From: Leucoraja ocellata
Taxonomy: Eukaryota
Direction: 5' to 3'
Assembly (NCBI GenBank): GCA_036785375.1
Contig: JAWMAR010000224.1
Coordinates: 1,488,001 to 1,552,000, forward strand
DNA: 64,000 nt
The translations under genes and the position numbers were made by a program. The notes beneath the pieces are model-generated. The model was not told the origin of the DNA, did not search any database, and saw only the letters and a list, made by a program, of their open reading frames with translations. Below are positions 61,846 through 64,000 of this stretch, piece after piece (within the stretch, counting starts at the first letter, position 1; each line of letters begins with the position of its first letter).

Positions 61846-62639
61846 AGCATAGATAGCTGTCAGCAGACCAATACAAGATATGAACTCTGCAGTCTCAGAG
61901 AGTAAAGTTCCAAGTCAAGAATTAAGTGGTTGATTTGATCCTCTGGATGTTGACAAAGTGGTCGAGACCACATTCATTCTTTGTTGCGACCATTGGGGGA
62001 ATTTCAAAACGCTGCGATGATGAAGTCCATTTCAGGCTAGTTCACAAGTTGGAGGAGGATTTCACACATGCTTGCCCACACTGAGAGGAACAGATCTTCA
62101 GGACAGTGGCAGCTGCTGAAGATTGGATTTGGAAAAGCTTAACTATTTTGAAACAACACACCAAATGCACACTGTAAAACCCAGGAGAGATTTACATAAC
62201 CGTTTGAAGTATTAAACTGCTTCTCTGACGTCTCTTTTGACTTGTGTGAACATCCAGATTATAATTAGTGAAGGGGTGCTGGAGCAATGAAAGGCAAAGT
62301 AGATAGTAGGGAAAAGATAAATAGCAAACTTGACTTGAAAAAGGCTACCCTACAACGATCCAAATCACTTTGACATCAATTAAATACTTCTGAAAACTAA
62401 TCATTATGGTTTTGCAGAAAATAATTCGCAATAGCCACAAATAGCAACTAAACTGCCCGCTGTTTTAGATTTTGTTACTGGGTAAACTTTAACCAAGAGA
62501 ATTCCAGTTAGGATTGGAACTGGTTTGTAGGTATCACCGAGCATCTCAATCCCCTTCAGACTGCCATTGAGTGATATTTTTGTTTACCCGAGATGGTGGA
62601 TGTGGTGATACTGCAAAGCTCAGTGAAGTAAATGTTGGT

Positions 62640-63770
62640 ACAGGATCTGCCTCAACTACCTCCTTTGACGGCTCATGTACCTACCACCCTCTGTGTGAGT
62701 TGTCCCTCACGGGAACCCATGTCCTCTGGTTCTTGATTCCCCAACTCCGAGTGAAAGATTGCATTCATTCAATCTATTCTCGTCATGATTTTATACATCT
62801 CTGCAAGATCAACACTCAGCCTCCTGTGCTCCAACAAATGAACTCCCAACCTGCCCAACTTATTTCTCTAGTTCAGGCTCTTGAATCCTGGCAACATCCT
62901 CAAATATTCTCTGCCCTCTTTCAAGCTTAATGTTATTCTTCCTATAACAAGATGACCAAAACCAAACACAATACTCCAAATGTGGCCTCACTAATGCGTT
63001 GCATAACAATAACACAACATCACAAACTCCACACTCAATACCCTGACTGATGAAGGCCAATGTATCAAAAGACAATTTCAGGAAACTATGAACAAAATAG
63101 AGAGAGTACAGAGGAGATTTACTAGAATGTTGCCTGGGTTTCAACAACTAAGTTACAGAGATAGGTTGAATAAGTTAGGTCTTTATTCTCCGGAGCGCAG
63201 AAGGTTAAGGGGGGACTTGATAGAGGTCTTTAAAATGATGAGAGGGATAGACAGAGTTGATGTGGACAAGCTTTTCCCTTTGAGAATAGGGAAGATTCAA
63301 ATAAGAGGACATGACTTCAGAATTAAGGGACAGAAGTTTAGGGGTAACATGAGGGGGAACTTCTTTACTCAAAGAGTGGTAACGGTGTGGAATGAGCTTC
63401 CAGTGGAAGTGGTGGAGGCAGGTTCGTTGGTATCATTTAAAAATAAATTGGATAGGCATATGGACGAGAAAGGAATGGAGGGTTATGGTATGAGTGCAGG
63501 CAGGTGGGACGAAGGGAAAAAAAAGTTGTTCGGCACGGACTTGTAGGGCCGAGATGGCCTGATTCCGTGCTGTAATTGTTATATGTTATATGGTTATATG
63601 GTTATATGAACCTGCACTCTGTATCCCTCTGCTCTGAAACAATCCCCAGTCCCCTACCATTCACCGTGAAGGTCCTGCTCCATTTCGACTTCCCAAAGCA
63701 CAACTCCTCTAATTTCTGCTTCAAACTCTATTAACCATTCCTCAGCCCACTTGCCCTGTTGATAAAGCCA
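62640..63770 (-). mobile_element. Old CR1 fragment split by a younger plus-strand CR1
   Basis: LAFISQGIE...[15 protein letters not shown] on the minus strand. Continues after 63611. Confidence 0.75.
63094..63604 (+). mobile_element. Young CR1 3' fragment with open ORF end
   Basis: KIERVQRRFTRMLPG...FFTQRVVTVWNELP. (GGTTATAT)n tail. Possible TSD tatgaac at 63087-63093 and 63605-63611. Confidence 0.9.
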
Positions 63771-64000
63771 GGTATCCTTCAAGTTTCAAAGTTGTTAAAC
63801 CTGTAAAGTTTTATCTTGGCTGCCGTAATAAGCCCATTGCCCTGGTGGCAGCACTGGGTCCTTGTTACTTTAACCCAATGTTTTACCTCAGAGTTTCAAA
63901 CAGTCTGTACAGCTGCTGGAAAAGCATTGGGTAAAAGTATGTTCCCCAGACAGAATGGGGCATGATCCCATCCAATATACTTGTGGGTGAGCACAAAAGA

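Noticed and set aside
63887-63935. Possible minus-strand micro-exon (ttttccAG...GAG|GTAAAA)
   Set aside because: Only 26-29 nt, not frame-preserving, and such signal pairs are expected by chance.

Overview
Repeat-saturated vertebrate genomic DNA, most likely from a cartilaginous fish (skate, ray or shark). This is inferred from about 20 tRNA-headed, CR1-tailed SINEs resembling the elasmobranch HE1/V-SINE family. I find no confident host protein-coding gene. Every recognisable protein motif in the ORF track belongs to retroelements: CR1 RT, Rex1/Babar RT, and Penelope-like RT plus GIY-YIG. The window holds a near-complete decayed Penelope-like element (about 28.5-31.1 kb) and about 25 short derivatives of its 3' end. 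These carry a minimal hammerhead-ribozyme-like core (CTGAAGA-A-stem-GAAACGTC) and occur as a TSD-flanked monomer, head-to-tail dimers and palindromes. Also present are five PIF/Harbinger-type MITEs with TWA TSDs, Tigger/pogo-like MITEs, many CR1 fragments (one young copy with an intact RT C-terminus), a Rex1-like LINE, a probable solo LTR and an RTE-5'UTR-like element. Four non-coding elements share a co-varying hairpin, and there is an isolated 104-bp palindrome, a G-rich minisatellite and two assembly gaps. The window is probably intronic or intergenic, with one weak minus-strand exon candidate near 41.3-41.4 kb. All family names come from motif recognition without database searches. Boundaries of old fragments are approximate.
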